Shown piece by piece: positions 42,065 to 55,999 of a stretch of DNA of 64,000 bases. The translations under genes were made by a program, and so were the position numbers. The first letter of the stretch is position 1; every line of letters starts with the position of its first letter. The notes below the pieces were generated by a model that was not told the DNA's origin, did not search any database, and saw nothing but the letters and a program-made list of their open reading frames with translations. This DNA comes from Eledone cirrhosa. Its lineage: Eukaryota. The DNA is taken from assembly GCA_964016885.1 (NCBI GenBank), contig OZ024743.1:56668001-56732000 (forward strand), read 5' to 3'.

Positions 42065-42066
<2 letters not shown>
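41886..42066 (+). mobile_element. Short palindromic element, copy 3
   Basis: Reverse orientation of the 13200 family, same termini. Confidence 0.8.
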
Positions 42067-42109
<43 letters not shown>

Positions 42110-42138
42110 ATCAAAAGATGGTTAAAAGAGTTCCCAAG

Positions 42139-42208
42139 TATTTTATTATGTGCATTTCAAAAACAAATATCATCATGGATGATATCTGCGTTCTCATCAG
42201 ATAAAATA
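42139..42208 (-). ncRNA. Type I hammerhead within fold-back 42103-42351
   Basis: TATTTTAT-CTGATGA-GAACGCAGATATCAT..ATGATATTTGTTTTT-GAAA-TGCACA-TA-ATAAAATA. Confidence 0.8.
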
Positions 42209-42721
42209 GGGAGACATGATATGAAGTTTAAAAAACATTTGTGAGCAGTGAAGTTTTAAATCAACATAATATCATCCCATGATGATATTTGTTTTTGAAA
42301 TGCGCATAATAAAATACTTGGAACTCTTTTAACCATCTTTTGATCTTATATTATTTATACTCCAGTCCTACAAACTGTAGAGTGCTACTTAACCGATATT
42401 TGCTTTGCTTTATTGTGCTACAATAAAACTCACCTCCTACATATATATATATATATATCTATATATCAAACTAGTCTCTTACAATTAAAAAGCTCAAGGA
42501 AAGAAATTTCCTGGCCATGTAATATAATTAAATATAAAAGAAAGATAAACACAGATATATACATATATGTGTTCAAATCGTAAGGTACCAGATTTGAACA
42601 CATATATGTTTATATCTGTCTTTATCTTTCTTTTATATTTAATTATATATATATATAAAGAAAAAAATTTCGCTCTACATGGCTGAATACAATAAATGTA
42701 ATCTGAGTTTTTCGAATATTA

Positions 42722-42908
42722 ATATTTGTTTCTACTTTTGGCACAAGGCCAGCAATTACCCAGTACATTACTGGTACTTTATTTTATCGACCCCGTAAGG
42801 ATGAAAGGCAAAGTTAACTTCGGTGGGATTTGAACTCAGAATGGCAAGGGCCGTAACTCTATGCGTCAAAGCATGGAGTCCGATCCTCTTCCGATACTGC
42901 CAATCCAT
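42722..42908 (-). mobile_element. tRNA-derived SINE
   Basis: Member of the 17492 family. Confidence 0.9.
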
Positions 42909-43255
42909 TCGATTCGTTTGCAATTATGCAAACAAGCCTCAATTTTAAAGCCATGTCAGTAGCTCTTGTGTTCTGTTTACATGCCAACACAAGAGCAAGA
43001 ATGAAGGGTTTATTCTACTGACATGGCTTTAAAACGCAATCTTGATGTGGTAGCTAAGTATATATTATGTTTATACTATTACTTATTTGTATAGATAATA
43101 TATATTACCTGTATGTTTTGTGAAGGGAACGTTTCCACGAACCAAAGTATCGTCTTCTTGTCTTCCTCCGGTTGCAACGTTTTTTCGAAATATTTGCTTC
43201 TGCGTTCACAGATTGACTTTTTTAGTTTCAGAAGTTGCCGTTAAGTAGCATGCAC

Positions 43256-43296
<41 letters not shown>

Positions 43297-43465
43297 CATA
43301 CAGGTACGCATACATATATGTACGCATTCATTTTTTTTACAACTCATCGTTTTCGGTGCGCCTGACCGATTTAACTCACTCGATATGCAAATTAGGCTGC
43401 TCAGCCGTTAATTTTCATAAGGAAAGTATATACTTTCGAACGTTCAACTATCTGGCAGATGGGTA

Positions 43466-43510
43466 AACGGTGCTGATGATAGCTAACAAGCTTGAAACTA
43501 GTACATCGTT
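43466..43510 (+). ncRNA. Minimal type I hammerhead between inverted arms 43246-43327 and 43614-43703
   Basis: AACGGTG-CTGATGA-TAGCT-AACA-AGCTT-GAAA-CTAG-TA-CATCGTT. Confidence 0.8.
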
Positions 43511-43657
43511 CCTGTGCCAGTGTTGAACAAAAAGGTGACGTGGTTGCCTTAACACCGTGCGGCATAAATTCAGGCTGTTCAGTTTATTTACAAACGAACA
43601 AAGCGGGCGTTATAATAAGCGTCCGCTAAACTGATGCGTGCATATATGTATGTGTAC

Positions 43658-43696
<39 letters not shown>

Positions 43697-43873
43697 CATG
43701 CTACTGTACGTCTGTATACATATATGTATGTACGTATACATACATACTTACATTTAAGTAAGTGCCATACTAAGAGTGAGAAATGAAATTTCGTTTTCAT
43801 TTTTTTACAACTTATATATATATATATATAAATATATATATATAATATATATATTATATATATATATATATGT

Positions 43874-43910
<37 letters not shown>

Positions 43911-44458
43911 CACTGTAAAGTAGAACTCCTCAAATGTAACCACTTATACTGACATAGTAACTTAACAAATTAACATACCGTTCAATTGTTTCAAGACTTA
44001 ATTGAGAACCCTTTAAAATGCGTGGTTTTGTTTCATAATCATGGCCGAGTTGGCGTGAAAAAGGTTAACAGGTTCATTACCATATTTTTAACGAAAGACA
44101 CTGCCTATGATGATTTTCAAACAAAAGTTCTTACCTAAAATTTTGATGGTAGGTTTTAGATTCCGCCGGAAGGAATGTTAGAGGACTGCCCTCCACGACC
44201 CTTTCAACAACAACAACAACAGCAACAACGACAACGACAACAACAACAAGATTTTAGAGTACTCTGACAACGATGACCTCAGATTTTAAGCGTTCGTTTA
44301 ATTTTAGCCCCTAGATCCCCCCTTTGAACATGTCGTGACCGGAGTTAGGAGATCGGCAAAGTATTCTCTCTACCTCGCTTGGATGCGCTTCTCTTGGGAG
44401 AGAACACCAGACGAGTTCCTAATAGCAGGCGCGGAGGGGGACTTCTTATAAACTTTAA

Positions 44459-44656
44459 CCCTTTAGTATTTATATTACTCTATATTTACTATTGTATTTT
44501 CATGGTAAAAGCTTTACCTCATGTAATATCGAATCTGTGAAATTTTGATATTATTTATTTTGAGAACAATACCTTAACATCAGTATGAACAGCGAGTATG
44601 AACTGAAAGAGGTGAGAGAATTCTGGCCGGATACGGCCAGTTTAAATGTTAAAGGG
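44459..44656. mobile_element. piggyBac-like MITE
   Basis: TTAA|CCCTTTAGTATTTA...TAAATGTTAAAGGG|TTAA. Confidence 0.7.
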
Positions 44657-45240
44657 TTAAAATAAACACCTTGATATTGTAGAACCAAGGGCGGTACGGT
44701 AACCAAGTAACAGATAAGGAGAGTAGCAACAGCAGTTGTCCGAGTAGAGAAATAATCGTGACATCGTGACAGGATTTTGACTGGATGTCTGTGTGTCAAA
44801 CGAAGTATATTTTGGGGAAAGGGAGAGATGAGAAGATGGCTATTGAATAGCTGGGCTGGTGTAGTATAAGAGAGAAAGATGCTACGTGACTGGTGACTGG
44901 GTGACTGGCGAACAATGAGGGCTTAAGTGAATGGGATAAAGTGCCCCCTTCCCCATCTGTCAGAAGATTTTTCTACTTTCCACCTGCAATATAGCAGTAT
45001 CATTTTTAATGGTATAGATTCTATACCATACTTCTATACTATAGAACAACCTCTCAAAATAAAACTGCACCACACACATACAGATACACACTCGTATACA
45101 CACACATGGACATATATATATATATATATATATATACATACACAGACACACATATATACATATACAGACGCTACACAGACACACAAAGAGATACGCACAC
45201 GTACATACACACACAGATACACGCTCGCATACACACACAC

Positions 45241-45281
<41 letters not shown>

Positions 45282-45584
45282 GACACACAAACATAGATAC
45301 GCACACGTACACACATACATATATACGCACGTACACATACAGATAGACATACATATACAGTCACAGATGCAGGCACATATATACACACATGTAGAAATAT
45401 ACATGCAGACACGCAGACAGACACATATATACATACAAACACTGACAGACATACATAGTGGCACACGCAAACACATACTTACACACACGGTAATTATCGC
45501 TAGGTATTTCTTCCGTCTCGTCTTCTCACTAACTGAGTTTCTAACCACGCGCGCGCGCGTATGTGTGTGTTAATTCTTCAGATA

Positions 45585-46094
45585 CCCCCCTCCCCCGTTT
45601 ATTAAATTTTGCTTATCTATCTCCGGTGAAATTTTAAGTGATAGCATTCCTTCGACTATTAATTTTCTTTATACATAGGGCGGTGGATTGGCAGTATCGG
45701 TAGAGGGTCGGACGCCATGCTTTACTATTCTGAATTCCAATCCCGCCGAGGTTAACTTTGCCTTTCATCCTTACGGGGTCGATAAAATAAAGTACCAGTA
45801 AAATAAAGTGCCAAAAGTAGAAACAATTAATTTTCTTTATACATTAAAAACATTATACATGACAGAAAAAGTACATTACTAGAAATCCCATACGTTATAA
45901 AATAACTAGGTTGGGTTGGGGGTCTCAATATGTAAACTAGACGACTAATTGATTTTTTAAAAAATATCAACACTAACAACGTAGAAAAATTACCGATTTT
46001 CCACATCTATCCCCGCTTATTCCAATCCCCCCGTTTATCCCAACTCGCCCGCTTATTCTAACCTCCCTCCTATTATTTGGGACACCCGAGAGTA
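45585..46094 (-). mobile_element. DNA-transposon half element (TA-CTCTCG end) carrying a SINE at 45678-45830
   Basis: Homologous in inverted orientation to 49914-50215. Confidence 0.55.
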
Positions 46095-46214
46095 TGACTG
46101 TGTATGAGTTTATCTCATGGATGTTTCGGCGAAGGTGCGGGCCATTGCATCCGTAGCCGAATGGAATAAAATTCTAAAACCAGGAATTATCAGCAACCTA
46201 TTTTTTTTTCTTTT

Positions 46215-46560
46215 TCAGCCTGTAGAATTCGATACGTTTGGTGGAACTGTGCCGCTGACAACAAGGTTCTTGTCATTGTTGGAAGCTCGCCTTACTAATT
46301 TACTTACCTGCCAACCTCTAAAAACCCAAACGGGGTGTACCATGAAAATAAGTGCCCCAAAACTGTGCGAAATGAGGGAAAATGGAGAGGTTTTACACAA
46401 TACCTATTTTCACAAGAGAAGACATCTCTCACCCTATCCAAAGTTGGTGGGGGATTTCCCCATCGGACGGAGAAAGTTAACAGGTCTGAATTTATCAGGT
46501 GATCCCTGTGAACGTGCTTGGTTATTCCAACATCTCAATATTGCTATCACCGAGTGTGTT
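46215..46560 (+). mobile_element. Decayed CRE-like endonuclease fragment interrupted by a MITE
   Basis: FQPVEFDTFG..ARLT|NLSGDPCERAWLFQHLNIAI resembles the 25177 ORF. Confidence 0.6.
46303..46488. mobile_element. 186-bp MITE with 6-bp target duplication AATTTA
   Basis: CTTACCTGCCAAC...GTTAACAGGTCTG flanked by AATTTA; removing it rejoins the CRE-like peptide. Confidence 0.7.
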
Positions 46561-46674
46561 TGGCTTGCCTGAAAAATTATCTGAGGGAAGGGAAACTGTA
46601 ATCTTTTTGTGATGTATGTATATTTGTGTCTTTTCTTACCCTTTGCGCACTACAAAAGTCAAACTTACATCTCA

Positions 46675-47016
46675 TAATTAGAGGAATACAACTCAAACTA
46701 TACATATTCCATTATTATTATTTCAATTTTATTCCATATTACATGCAGTTTACCATTTATTCTCCACCACATCATTGTTTCATCCATTATATTTCAGACA
46801 TAATGAAGACTTTTTTTGTCATAAATGAGTCTCAAACACTCTTTGATTTTCTCAAGACTTTATTACTAAAGCAATGACAAAAGAAGCCTTCAGCAAGTCT
46901 GACATATAATGAAACAATGACGAGGTGAAGAATAAATGGTAAACTGCATGTAACATGGAATAAAATTGAAATAACAATAATGCAATAGGTATAGTTCGAG
47001 TTATATTCCTCTAATA
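46675..47016. repeat. ~340-bp imperfect palindrome (MITE or fold-back)
   Basis: TTACATGCAGTTTACCATTTATTCT is inverted at 46929-46953; the arms extend to both ends. Confidence 0.75.
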
Positions 47017-47232
47017 ACGGTTTCTTATATAGGCACAAGGCCAGCAATTTTATGGAGGGGAAAGTCGATTAAATCGACCCCAGTGCGTGACTGGTACTTT
47101 ATTTTATCGACCCCGTAAGGATGAAAGGCAAAGTTAACCTCGGCGGGATTTGAACTCAAATCATAAAGGGCCGTAACTCTATGCTGCAAAGCATGGCGTC
47201 CGACCCTCTACCGATACTGCCAATCCACTGTC
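47017..47232 (-). mobile_element. tRNA-derived SINE (longer variant)
   Basis: 17492 family with an extra internal segment. Confidence 0.85.
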
Positions 47233-48344
47233 CTATACTCCTCTAAATAACAACATTGTGGTACAACTATTTCACCCCCATTGGTCCAGCTCTTTTTGAT
47301 ATCATACCGAAACACCGCAGAACAGAAACAGATACCATAAAATAAAAAAATTTCCTGGTCTTCCGGTAACCCCCTACACCCGGATAAGTCTCCGAAAACA
47401 ATAAATATTTACTAGAGTAGGCCATGATGCCCAAAACAGGATTGAGGTGTGGCTCTTAATCTGAAAGACTTCGCCAGGTGGGGCTACTAAGTTGGACATG
47501 GCCTGAACCAATACTGGCCGAAACCTATCATTTTTTTCCCAACGTGAAATAAAGTGCAATAAAATGTTCGCTCCACCGAGGATCGAACTCACGCCGAACA
47601 TCCTAACCTCTAAATCTCGCGCCTTCGTGAACTGCTGTTATCATTTATTTCTAACATACCTCCCATCCCATTCCAAGAAAATAGAGAAAAGTTGAAAAAG
47701 CACAAAATAACTAATTGGTTGTCAGTGCAATAGGTTTAAATACGAGTCAATTATTGCTGTCTACCAACATAACTGATTGCTATGACCTTTGTAAAGTGTC
47801 GTGAATGTTTAGGTTTGACTGAGGTGAAAGGACCTTTAAATGTATAGATGTAAGTAACAGTGTCACTGTTCCCATAACTCCTAATGGAGTCGTAGGGACA
47901 CCATCCTGACATACGACTTGTCTTGGACATTTTTAAAAACCTGACGACGCCCATCCCTTTCCTGGTTTGAACTCAATTCGATTCTTTCTACAGAAAGAGA
48001 ATGAGAAAGGGTAGAGAGGGAGGGGGGTAGAAAATGGGGACAGAGAGAGAGGAGGAGAGAAGGGGGACAGAGAGAAAGGGTGTGTGTGTGTGAGAGAGCA
48101 GGAATTGAACTGATACTATTTTTTATCTACCCAGAAAGGAGTTGACCTCGGTGGGATTCGAACTCAGAGCACAGAAGTCCAGAACGAAAACAGTGAAGTA
48201 TTTTATCCGACGCTCTAACGTCTCTGCCATTTCGCCGCCTTAACTGTAAGCAGATGCAAGCAACAAACAAAGTACCCTTCTTGACCGATGTTTGAACTGT
48301 GCCATAAATAGTCAGGTCAGTAGATATAGTATTGTTTTGGACCG

Positions 48345-48530
48345 TGTTGGACCTCCGTCAGTTTCTATGGCGAGTGTTCCAGTTGTTTAATCAAAAGAAC
48401 AGTCGGCTCTTGAAATTAATCCGCAAGTAGTTAAACATTCCACAGACACGTGTACCCTATATGTAATTTTTAGAAAAGTCAACGTTACATAGTGTGTGAC
48501 ACGGCTGACGCTTTGATTTATAGATATACA
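48345..48530 (-). mobile_element. Diverged 3' body of the SINE that seeded the satellite
   Basis: Reverse complement similar to 11100-11262. Confidence 0.6.
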
Positions 48531-48904
48531 GTCCATCTTGTATTATAGTGTAAGTAGCTGAGCGTTTCACGTCCATGATTCTCAGGGTGGTTCAGCGTGA
48601 TACCGTATATGAAAAGACTGCCTCTTGAGACGCGTGTACACTCTTAACGTAATCCTCGGGGAGATGCAGTGTGGCACTGAGTTGTAACAACGCTGGCATT
48701 TGAATTATCGTGAGCTCAATACTTTAACCGCTCATTACTAGTTCAAGAAAACAAATCACATGGCAAATGTATTGAGGGCTACGATATTACGAATTCAAGA
48801 AATGTGTGTGTGTGTGTTTTTTTTTCAATTTTCTATTGCCAAGGCTAATGCAGGTTACGGTTTGCTCCCTTCCGAACCCTCTTTGTGCGTTCAACCCACG
48901 CCTC

Positions 48905-49265
48905 CCAGGAATACAATTGCGAATACAAGCGGCCGACATCGGGCTCATCCAAAGGGTCTTTGGAGTAAAATTATCCGATAGAGTGCATAGCTCAGAGATT
49001 AGAGAGTCGCTCCAAGCAGAGTCGCTACTTCTCTGAATTGAGAGATCACAACAACAATACTACGAGCGTGTGGTTAGAATGTCTCAGGAAAGAATCGCTG
49101 GGCAGATTTTACAGACAAAACCAACCGACAGGAGACCCCGAGCAAGGTGGTTAGATAACATCCATGAGCTCGGCTGGTCTCGCTCATGGTTACTTCTGAC
49201 AGGACCCACTGAAGGCGTGTTTAAGGACCTTGTCTTCACGACCCTCTCATGAAGAAGAAGAAGAA
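48905..49265 (+). mobile_element. RTE-clade LINE 3' end
   Basis: IQAADIGLIQRVFGVKLSDRVHSSEIR..VVRMSQERI..RPRARWLDNI; (GAA)n tail. Confidence 0.85.
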
Positions 49266-49913
49266 AATACAGTGCATATTAACTATAATATAGTTGAATA
49301 AAATTTAAGATATAACTTGTACCTGCTAAGACGAGAAAATGCGATTGTATTCAACGTTTTATAGTAATTATGCGTTGTAGTAACCTTTAGAAAGAGCAAA
49401 ACAAACTCTTAAATTTCAATCTTACCAGGGTTTATTTCAAGGAAATTTTAGAACTTCACAAATCTTTGAGGTGGGTGTCATGACTCAGTGTTTGATGTTC
49501 TCTGACCCTGTGAAGCATTTGTGATGACTATTTTCTTTTAACAATTTATGAGTCTTTTAAATCAATTACCCAGTCCAGCTTGTGACTGAAGACCATGACG
49601 AGACAGTACTGCATGTTATTCGGGATTGCCTCCTCAGACGTTTTCCCGGTGGCCTAGAGGCAATCCATAACGCTGCAAACGACGCCTTGGTCTGGCTCGC
49701 CGGTCTCGACTTGCCTCTCTAACTATTGTACATGTCATACAAGAGAGAGAGAGAGAGAGTAATTTACAGTGTAAGTGCATGTAGCATTTGACACTAAATG
49801 TAAACTTACTTTATAAAATTAGATTTAGAACTACACAAGCAGGAGTCAACTGCACGTTATATATAATAACCACAACCGAATCCAGCTACGTGCTCCTTAA
49901 GCCTTACATTGTG

Positions 49914-50215
49914 TACTCTCGAGCTCCAGATAATAGGGGAGGGGGGGGGGTTTAAATCGGTCATTTTTCTAAGTTGTCTCCGTTGATTATTTTAAAAACC
50001 AGAATTAGTCGTTTAGCTTACATATCTCCCAACACATCGTATTTATTTTATAACATATGGGATTTCTACTAATGTACTTTTTTTGTCATGTATAATGTGT
50101 TTTTTTTAATCTATAAAGATTAAAGATTAAAGAAAACTAATTTCCACAGGAATGCTACCACTTAAAATTAAATTTCACCGGAGATAGATTAGCAAAATTT
50201 AATAAATGGGGGTGG
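49914..50215 (+). mobile_element. DNA-transposon half element
   Basis: Inverted homologue of 45585-46094. Confidence 0.55.
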
Positions 50216-50923
50216 GGTGGAATAAGAGCGGAGGAGTGTGAAAAAAAATGAAAAATTTATAAGCGCGTGCGTGGTGGTGGTGGTGGTGGCGGTGGCGGCG
50301 GCGGTGGGGGTGATTATTCGAGATCCAAGAATACAAGCCTTCCATTGTATATATTTCGCTTCTTGCACGTAGGCATGCTTGGGAAGGTCTTGTCACCAAG
50401 TTTGTGTGTTAGTATCAACACAATTCATCCAATATCTCGCTGCTAAGATCAACACGTTACCTTCTGACACTCCTGGTATGGACGTCCACTCTAGATTAGA
50501 TGGTGGATGGTCAACTGAAAATCGTGAAATCTTGAGGCGAGCTGTCTTTAGGGGTTCAAATATTTTCGAAAGCCAGCGAAAACTCCACGGTGATCAACCA
50601 CGCACCAAAAGGAGAGTGATGGTGGACACTATTCCATAGCTAACTGGGACTGTCCAGCTATAACCGTCATGTGTATCATCGCAGCAATATTTCACTGAAT
50701 CTAGAAAAGAAACCAATATTTGGAACGGTGCTGGACTTATCTATAAACTAAATAAGCTATAGCTTAGGGCCACAAACTTCCAGGGGCCTCATTTGAAAAA
50801 TATCTATATATTTTTTATTCCTTAACATTATTAAATCATAAAAAAATTATATATATATGAAAAGAGCCAGGACCCCGACGGCTGAGCTCCGGCTGTTTCG
50901 ACAGCTAGATCCGAACTAAGTCA

Positions 50924-50960
<37 letters not shown>

Positions 50961-52219
50961 CTTAAAAATGGAATGGGAATAAGAAGAAAGCAAGAACGGG
51001 GTGGGGGGGTCCTCATCAGTTGTCTACTGGGGGGTCTCGGATATTTCAACGCTTTAAAGACAATATATCTACCCCGAGAACGTTCAATAACTGGGTAAGT
51101 TATTGGGAAAATGGAGGAGGGGGGGGGATAGAAGGGAAAAGGGAAAAAGGGAAGAAAAGAAAAAACAGCGAAAAACAACAACAAACCGAAGAATGTGTGA
51201 GTCCTTTACTCACTTAAACATGCTGGGGTCAGTCGTGTCTTTTCGTTCGCCCACACGCTCTCGAACTTAAGTTCTGTTACCGTTGTGGTCTTGGATTTTC
51301 TTACCTTAAGTTGCTCGCACATTCCTCGGCTTGTTGTTTTTTTCGCTGTTTTCTCTTTTCTTCCCTTTTTCCCTTTTCCCTTCCCTCCCTCCTCCGTTTT
51401 CCCAATAACTTACCTATAATAAAGGACTTCACTGATAAGGTTATCTGTGTTATAATTTCCAAGTTCCATGGAAAGAAGTTGTAGTGAATTTTTGGAATAG
51501 TGCTTAATAAATATCAATGGCCCTAATAGTTGTTCCAATGTTCAAAAGTGGCCCGCCAATGGAATATGTTACACACCCCTGGCTTAGGGTCTCACAAGCT
51601 GAAAGTCCGGCCCCGATTTGGAATCAAGCTGGTGTCGACGACGATATTTAGACTATGTAAAATATAATTCCCTTGAATCCTAATGTGTACCATCTACGTC
51701 ATACGTGTTCACTTAAAGACATATCAATTATACATTATGAATGTCGATGGGCGACAAGCAAGGTCTGATTTGATTCTTTCAGAAGTCATATCTACCTGCT
51801 AGAAAAGTGTGCCTGAGGACTCTGCCTCTACGACCCTCCCAGAAATAAGTGGGCGAAGAAGAAAAAAAGATTTCATATCTAGTAACGAACAGTAACAGCC
51901 AGAATCAACCGACGAATGTCACGTTCTTTCTCTCCGAAGGGCAGAATTGCAAAGGCGTTACCGTGGAGGATAGCGAGGGGCATGCGCTGAAAGAACCAGT
52001 CTAACTCGCGTGGGTCATTCTTACGGGTGGCCAACTCCGTATCGATAGCAGTAAGTTGTAGGGAGTGGTCGGGCCCATAACAGCAGATTTCTCCCCTAAT
52101 ATAGGTTCAATAACAAACCTATGAGAAAGCTGCCGGTACGTTAACAACTTACGATCTTCGTTTAACTTATCGGGCAACGAAACGTGGTTCGGCTGCTGAA
52201 TCCATTGCTTATAGTACAT

Positions 52220-52800
52220 ACAATCACACACTCACACAAACATCTCCGCACACACAATCACGCAGACATAAACACTTCCTCATACTACTACAGACAATCG
52301 CACACGCAGACACCTCCCACCTCAATCATATAGACACTTCCTCGTACAACTACAATCACAAACACCACACACATACACACAGATATACCATCGTACTACT
52401 ACTACAGTAATTACATGCACACAAATACACTATCATACTATCACAGAAAATCACACACACACCACACACAGACACACCATCGTACTACTACAGTAATCAC
52501 ATATACACGCACACAGATGTACAGAAAATCACATACACACACTGATACACGATCGTACTACTACAGTAATCACATACACGCTATCATACTAACACAGAAA
52601 ATTACATACACACACAGACACACCATCGTACTACTACAGAAAAATTACATACACATATATATATACACCATTACACTACGACAGAAAATCCCATCACGCC
52701 CCCTCCCCTTATGCTGCTCCAGACAATATCCCCCCCATTCCCCCACACGCAGACACCTCATACTACTACAGACACAACACCCCCACAGACATTCACTGTA
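52220..52800. repeat. Degenerate CA/CTA-rich minisatellite
   Basis: Repeated ATCGTACTACTACAG(T/A)AA units. Confidence 0.7.
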
Positions 52801-53138
52801 CACCCACCGCCCTCCGTCTAGGTCAGTACAGGGAAACAAAACGTTTGTTTTTTTTCGTTCTCTCAGCTTAGAGAGCGTCTGAACTATTGACCTCATTAAC
52901 ACACACTCGCGCACATATATACATACACACACGCTCGCGCGCACAGACACACACACATTTATAAAGAATTAGATTCTTCATGCTTTAGAGATACTCACAA
53001 ACATGTATATATATATGTATGTGTCGGTGTATGTATGTTTGTGTGTATGTATTTATGTGTGCTTGTGTATGTATGTTTGTGTGTGTGTATGTATGTGTGA
53101 GTATATGTATATATGTATATTCCCCATTATATTTTATA

Positions 53139-53550
53139 GCCGACGAGCAATTTGGTTTTCACCATGGATGTAACACAACCGACCAAATATTTACTCTGCG
53201 ACAGGTCTTCGTGGACATGGAAAAGGCATACGATAACGTTCCACGGGACTTGTGGAGGTTTTTACGAAGGTATGAGATAGACGGTCAGCTTCTTGTTTCC
53301 TTGGAGTCCCTATACAATTGTCCAAGTATTCGTGTTCGGATAAATGGTGCTAAGTCTAAACCATTCAATGTGGGTGTCGGACTCCAAGAGCGCGTATTAT
53401 CACCTCTCCTGTTCATAATCTTCATGAACAGGATTGACATGCGCAGCCGGACTGGAAATGGCATAAAAACTGGCAGGTGTAGGTTCAGTTAGTTGATATT
53501 TACAGACGATATGGTGCTCCTTAACTCATCGAAATGTGATGCATGCTCAA
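53139..53550 (+). mobile_element. RTE LINE reverse transcriptase fragment
   Basis: EQFGF..TTDQIFTLRQ..FVDMEKAYD..GLQ..LSPLLFIIFM..FTDD. Confidence 0.88.
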
Positions 53551-53612
53551 TTCACCGTCGAATACTTTTGGGAAAGGCATCAACATCACAATATCCCCTT
53601 CCCGATTCTAAA

Positions 53613-54003
53613 ACTAGTTCCTAAACTGCGCGTCACGAGAAGTAATCAAGTGCGCCGCAAAAGTGCAAAATTCTATTTCAAAATGTGAACAATACAAATT
53701 TGTGATAAAGTTTATTTATATTTGTCAAAGTGTGGAACAATTAAATTAACAATGAAAACATAAAACAACAACCTAACAAACACCAACCGCATGTTTGTCA
53801 TCGATTACTTTACACCATTTATTGACTAAAAAATGAGATACAAATAATTTAACCGTATTTCTAATTATCTATAGTTCTACTTTGTGCTATGATTAAATGT
53901 AAAATGCCTTTTTGGATACACTTTCGAATTTAGGTACAAAGTGTGCCAAAATATTTACTTGTTCTAAAGTACGATAAGAGTAAAAAACGTTTGGTAACCA
54001 CTG
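53613..54003. mobile_element. hAT-like MITE remnant; related pieces at 54057-54110 and 56985-57075
   Basis: Ends GTTTGGTAACCACTG; CAGTGGTTTTCAAC at 54057. Confidence 0.5.
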
Positions 54004-54149
54004 GAGTAGTTGTTGATTGGATAGATAGATAGTGTATGGTTGTTGACTGGATAGACCAGTGGTTTTCAACTGGGATCCACGTGACCCTTGGGGGGTCCGT
54101 ATAAGATTTTTGGTAACAATGCAAGCCAAATAGTAATTTGGGATCAACG

Positions 54150-54245
54150 GTAGCATTTTACCATTCTGTGCTGGATGTTCACGTTAAGAGAAGGGCTGAG
54201 CTGTCAACTGATCACCCTCTAGTTATTTGCAGCTTGAGACTACCT
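54150..54245 (+). mobile_element. RTE LINE AP-endonuclease C-terminal fragment
   Basis: VLDVHVKRRAELSTDHPLVICSLRL. Confidence 0.7.
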
Positions 54246-55379
54246 AAAGCCAAGGAAGGCCACACAACTGATAAGTCGATGACTTGCAGCAGTAATGTGA
54301 TAGTCTCATCAATAGAGTTTCTTCACACAATCAAGCGACCACAAATAAAATGACCCTCGGTAACCTCTTAGATACGTTCCCATTGTAAAACAGTTTTTAG
54401 TCGCCAATGTATCGGAGATTTTGACATAGCAAACAGCCATCTGCTTATTCTTGTGTTCCGCAGACAGAGTGAGCGATAGTGATAAATAGTCAATGAAACA
54501 GTTGCAGAGTTGATTCCGAGCAGGTAAGATGCAGTCCACTGTCTCAAACAGACCACTCTGGGTCTCCCTCACTCTCTCTTAGGCTCTCTAGCTGGCAGAC
54601 CAAAGACGGTCATCGCATTACGGTAAATATTGCATCCAAATTCAGAGAACTCCCTGAGCAAACTGAAAAACAAACAAACAAACAAATTTTTTTTCGTTAG
54701 ACGTATTTATTGCAAGAAACTATCTTATGCATGTTTGTTTAAGATTTATATGCAATGAATTAGTTATACCTATAGAATGCACAAAATACTTTGACATTTT
54801 ATATACAATTCTTATTAATATCTAATTATAAAAGTACAATAAACCTTTTACCAGAGTAAAATTGGAATAAAAGTAGTCCAGAGGAGTCCATGACATGTGA
54901 ACAGATGTTGATTGAATATAGATGGACAGTGTGCAAATGTTGGCTGAATATATATAAATATATATGAAATATATATATATATATATATATATAGTGTGTG
55001 TGTGTGCGCGTGTGTGTGTGTTGACTAGATAAATAGACACAAATGTGTAAACCTTGACTTGATAGATAGACAATGTGTGTAGATTTTGATTTTATATGTT
55101 AAATAAAGAAGGAAGTACAAATTCTTCTTCTTCTCCTCCCCCTCCTTCTTCTTCATGAGACGGTCGTATGCGTAGAGTCCTTAGGCACACTTTCTAGAGG
55201 GCGCTATCAAAGCAACCGTTTCCAAATGATCCAGATGCTAATATGTATAAATACTTCTTTTGAATAAACTTTCGAATTTTGTCACAATGTACTCCACTTT
55301 ATATTATGTCAATATTTGGAATAAATTCTCGAATTTAAGTACAACGTACCAGACAGCGTATAATTTAACGGGTATGCTT

Positions 55380-55568
55380 AAGACGGAAATTGCTTTATTG
55401 GTGTCCTTGACCCTAGGACCACCTCCCTACTCACTACCACCGACACGGAGTTGGCTATCCGCAGGTGTGTGCCTCGCGAACTGAAATGGCTTTTCCAACG
55501 CGTTTCCCTCACAATCCTCCGGAGAAACGCCTTTTCTATTCTGCCCGCCAGGACCACGGGGAGGCCAG
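55380..55568 (+). mobile_element. CRE-like 3' fragment
   Basis: Nucleotide similarity to 25400-25580 (ATGGCTTTTCCAACGCGT..AAACGCCTTTTCTATTCTG). Confidence 0.75.
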
Positions 55569-55999
55569 TACGTGGGTTCTCAATTGCAATATAATAGTGA
55601 GAGATGGGGAGAGCGCGACAGAAAGAGAGGTTGTGAGTGAAGGAGAGAGAACATCAACGCACACATTTTTCAGTACAAGACATTATTGAACAATACAAAA
55701 CACTACATTAGAGGAATCTCTTTTGTCTCCCTTTTTGAAAATGAAGATTATCACTCCCGATTGCTATTACATTGACACATTTTCAGAAAATCTAGCCACC
55801 CAGCACACACGAGTCAGCCATAGCATATCGTCTTTAAGGGTTTTAACATCTTACTCTAGAGGCCTTGCTACATTTGAGCGCTTTAATTGCTCTGGTGACC
55901 TCAGCCTCCGAGAAGTTAGTCATCGCCTCTAGATGCACCCCATGAACATCAGATGTTGTTGTGACTCAATTAAAGAGATGTAGGGATATTGTCGAGTCC

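Noticed and set aside
46117-46572. 151-aa novel gene
   Set aside because: Chimera of a CRE remnant and an in-frame MITE
54464-54523. 60-bp exon (TTCCGCAG...CAG|GTAAGA)
   Set aside because: Stops in all three frames and no partner exons; unsupported without RNA data
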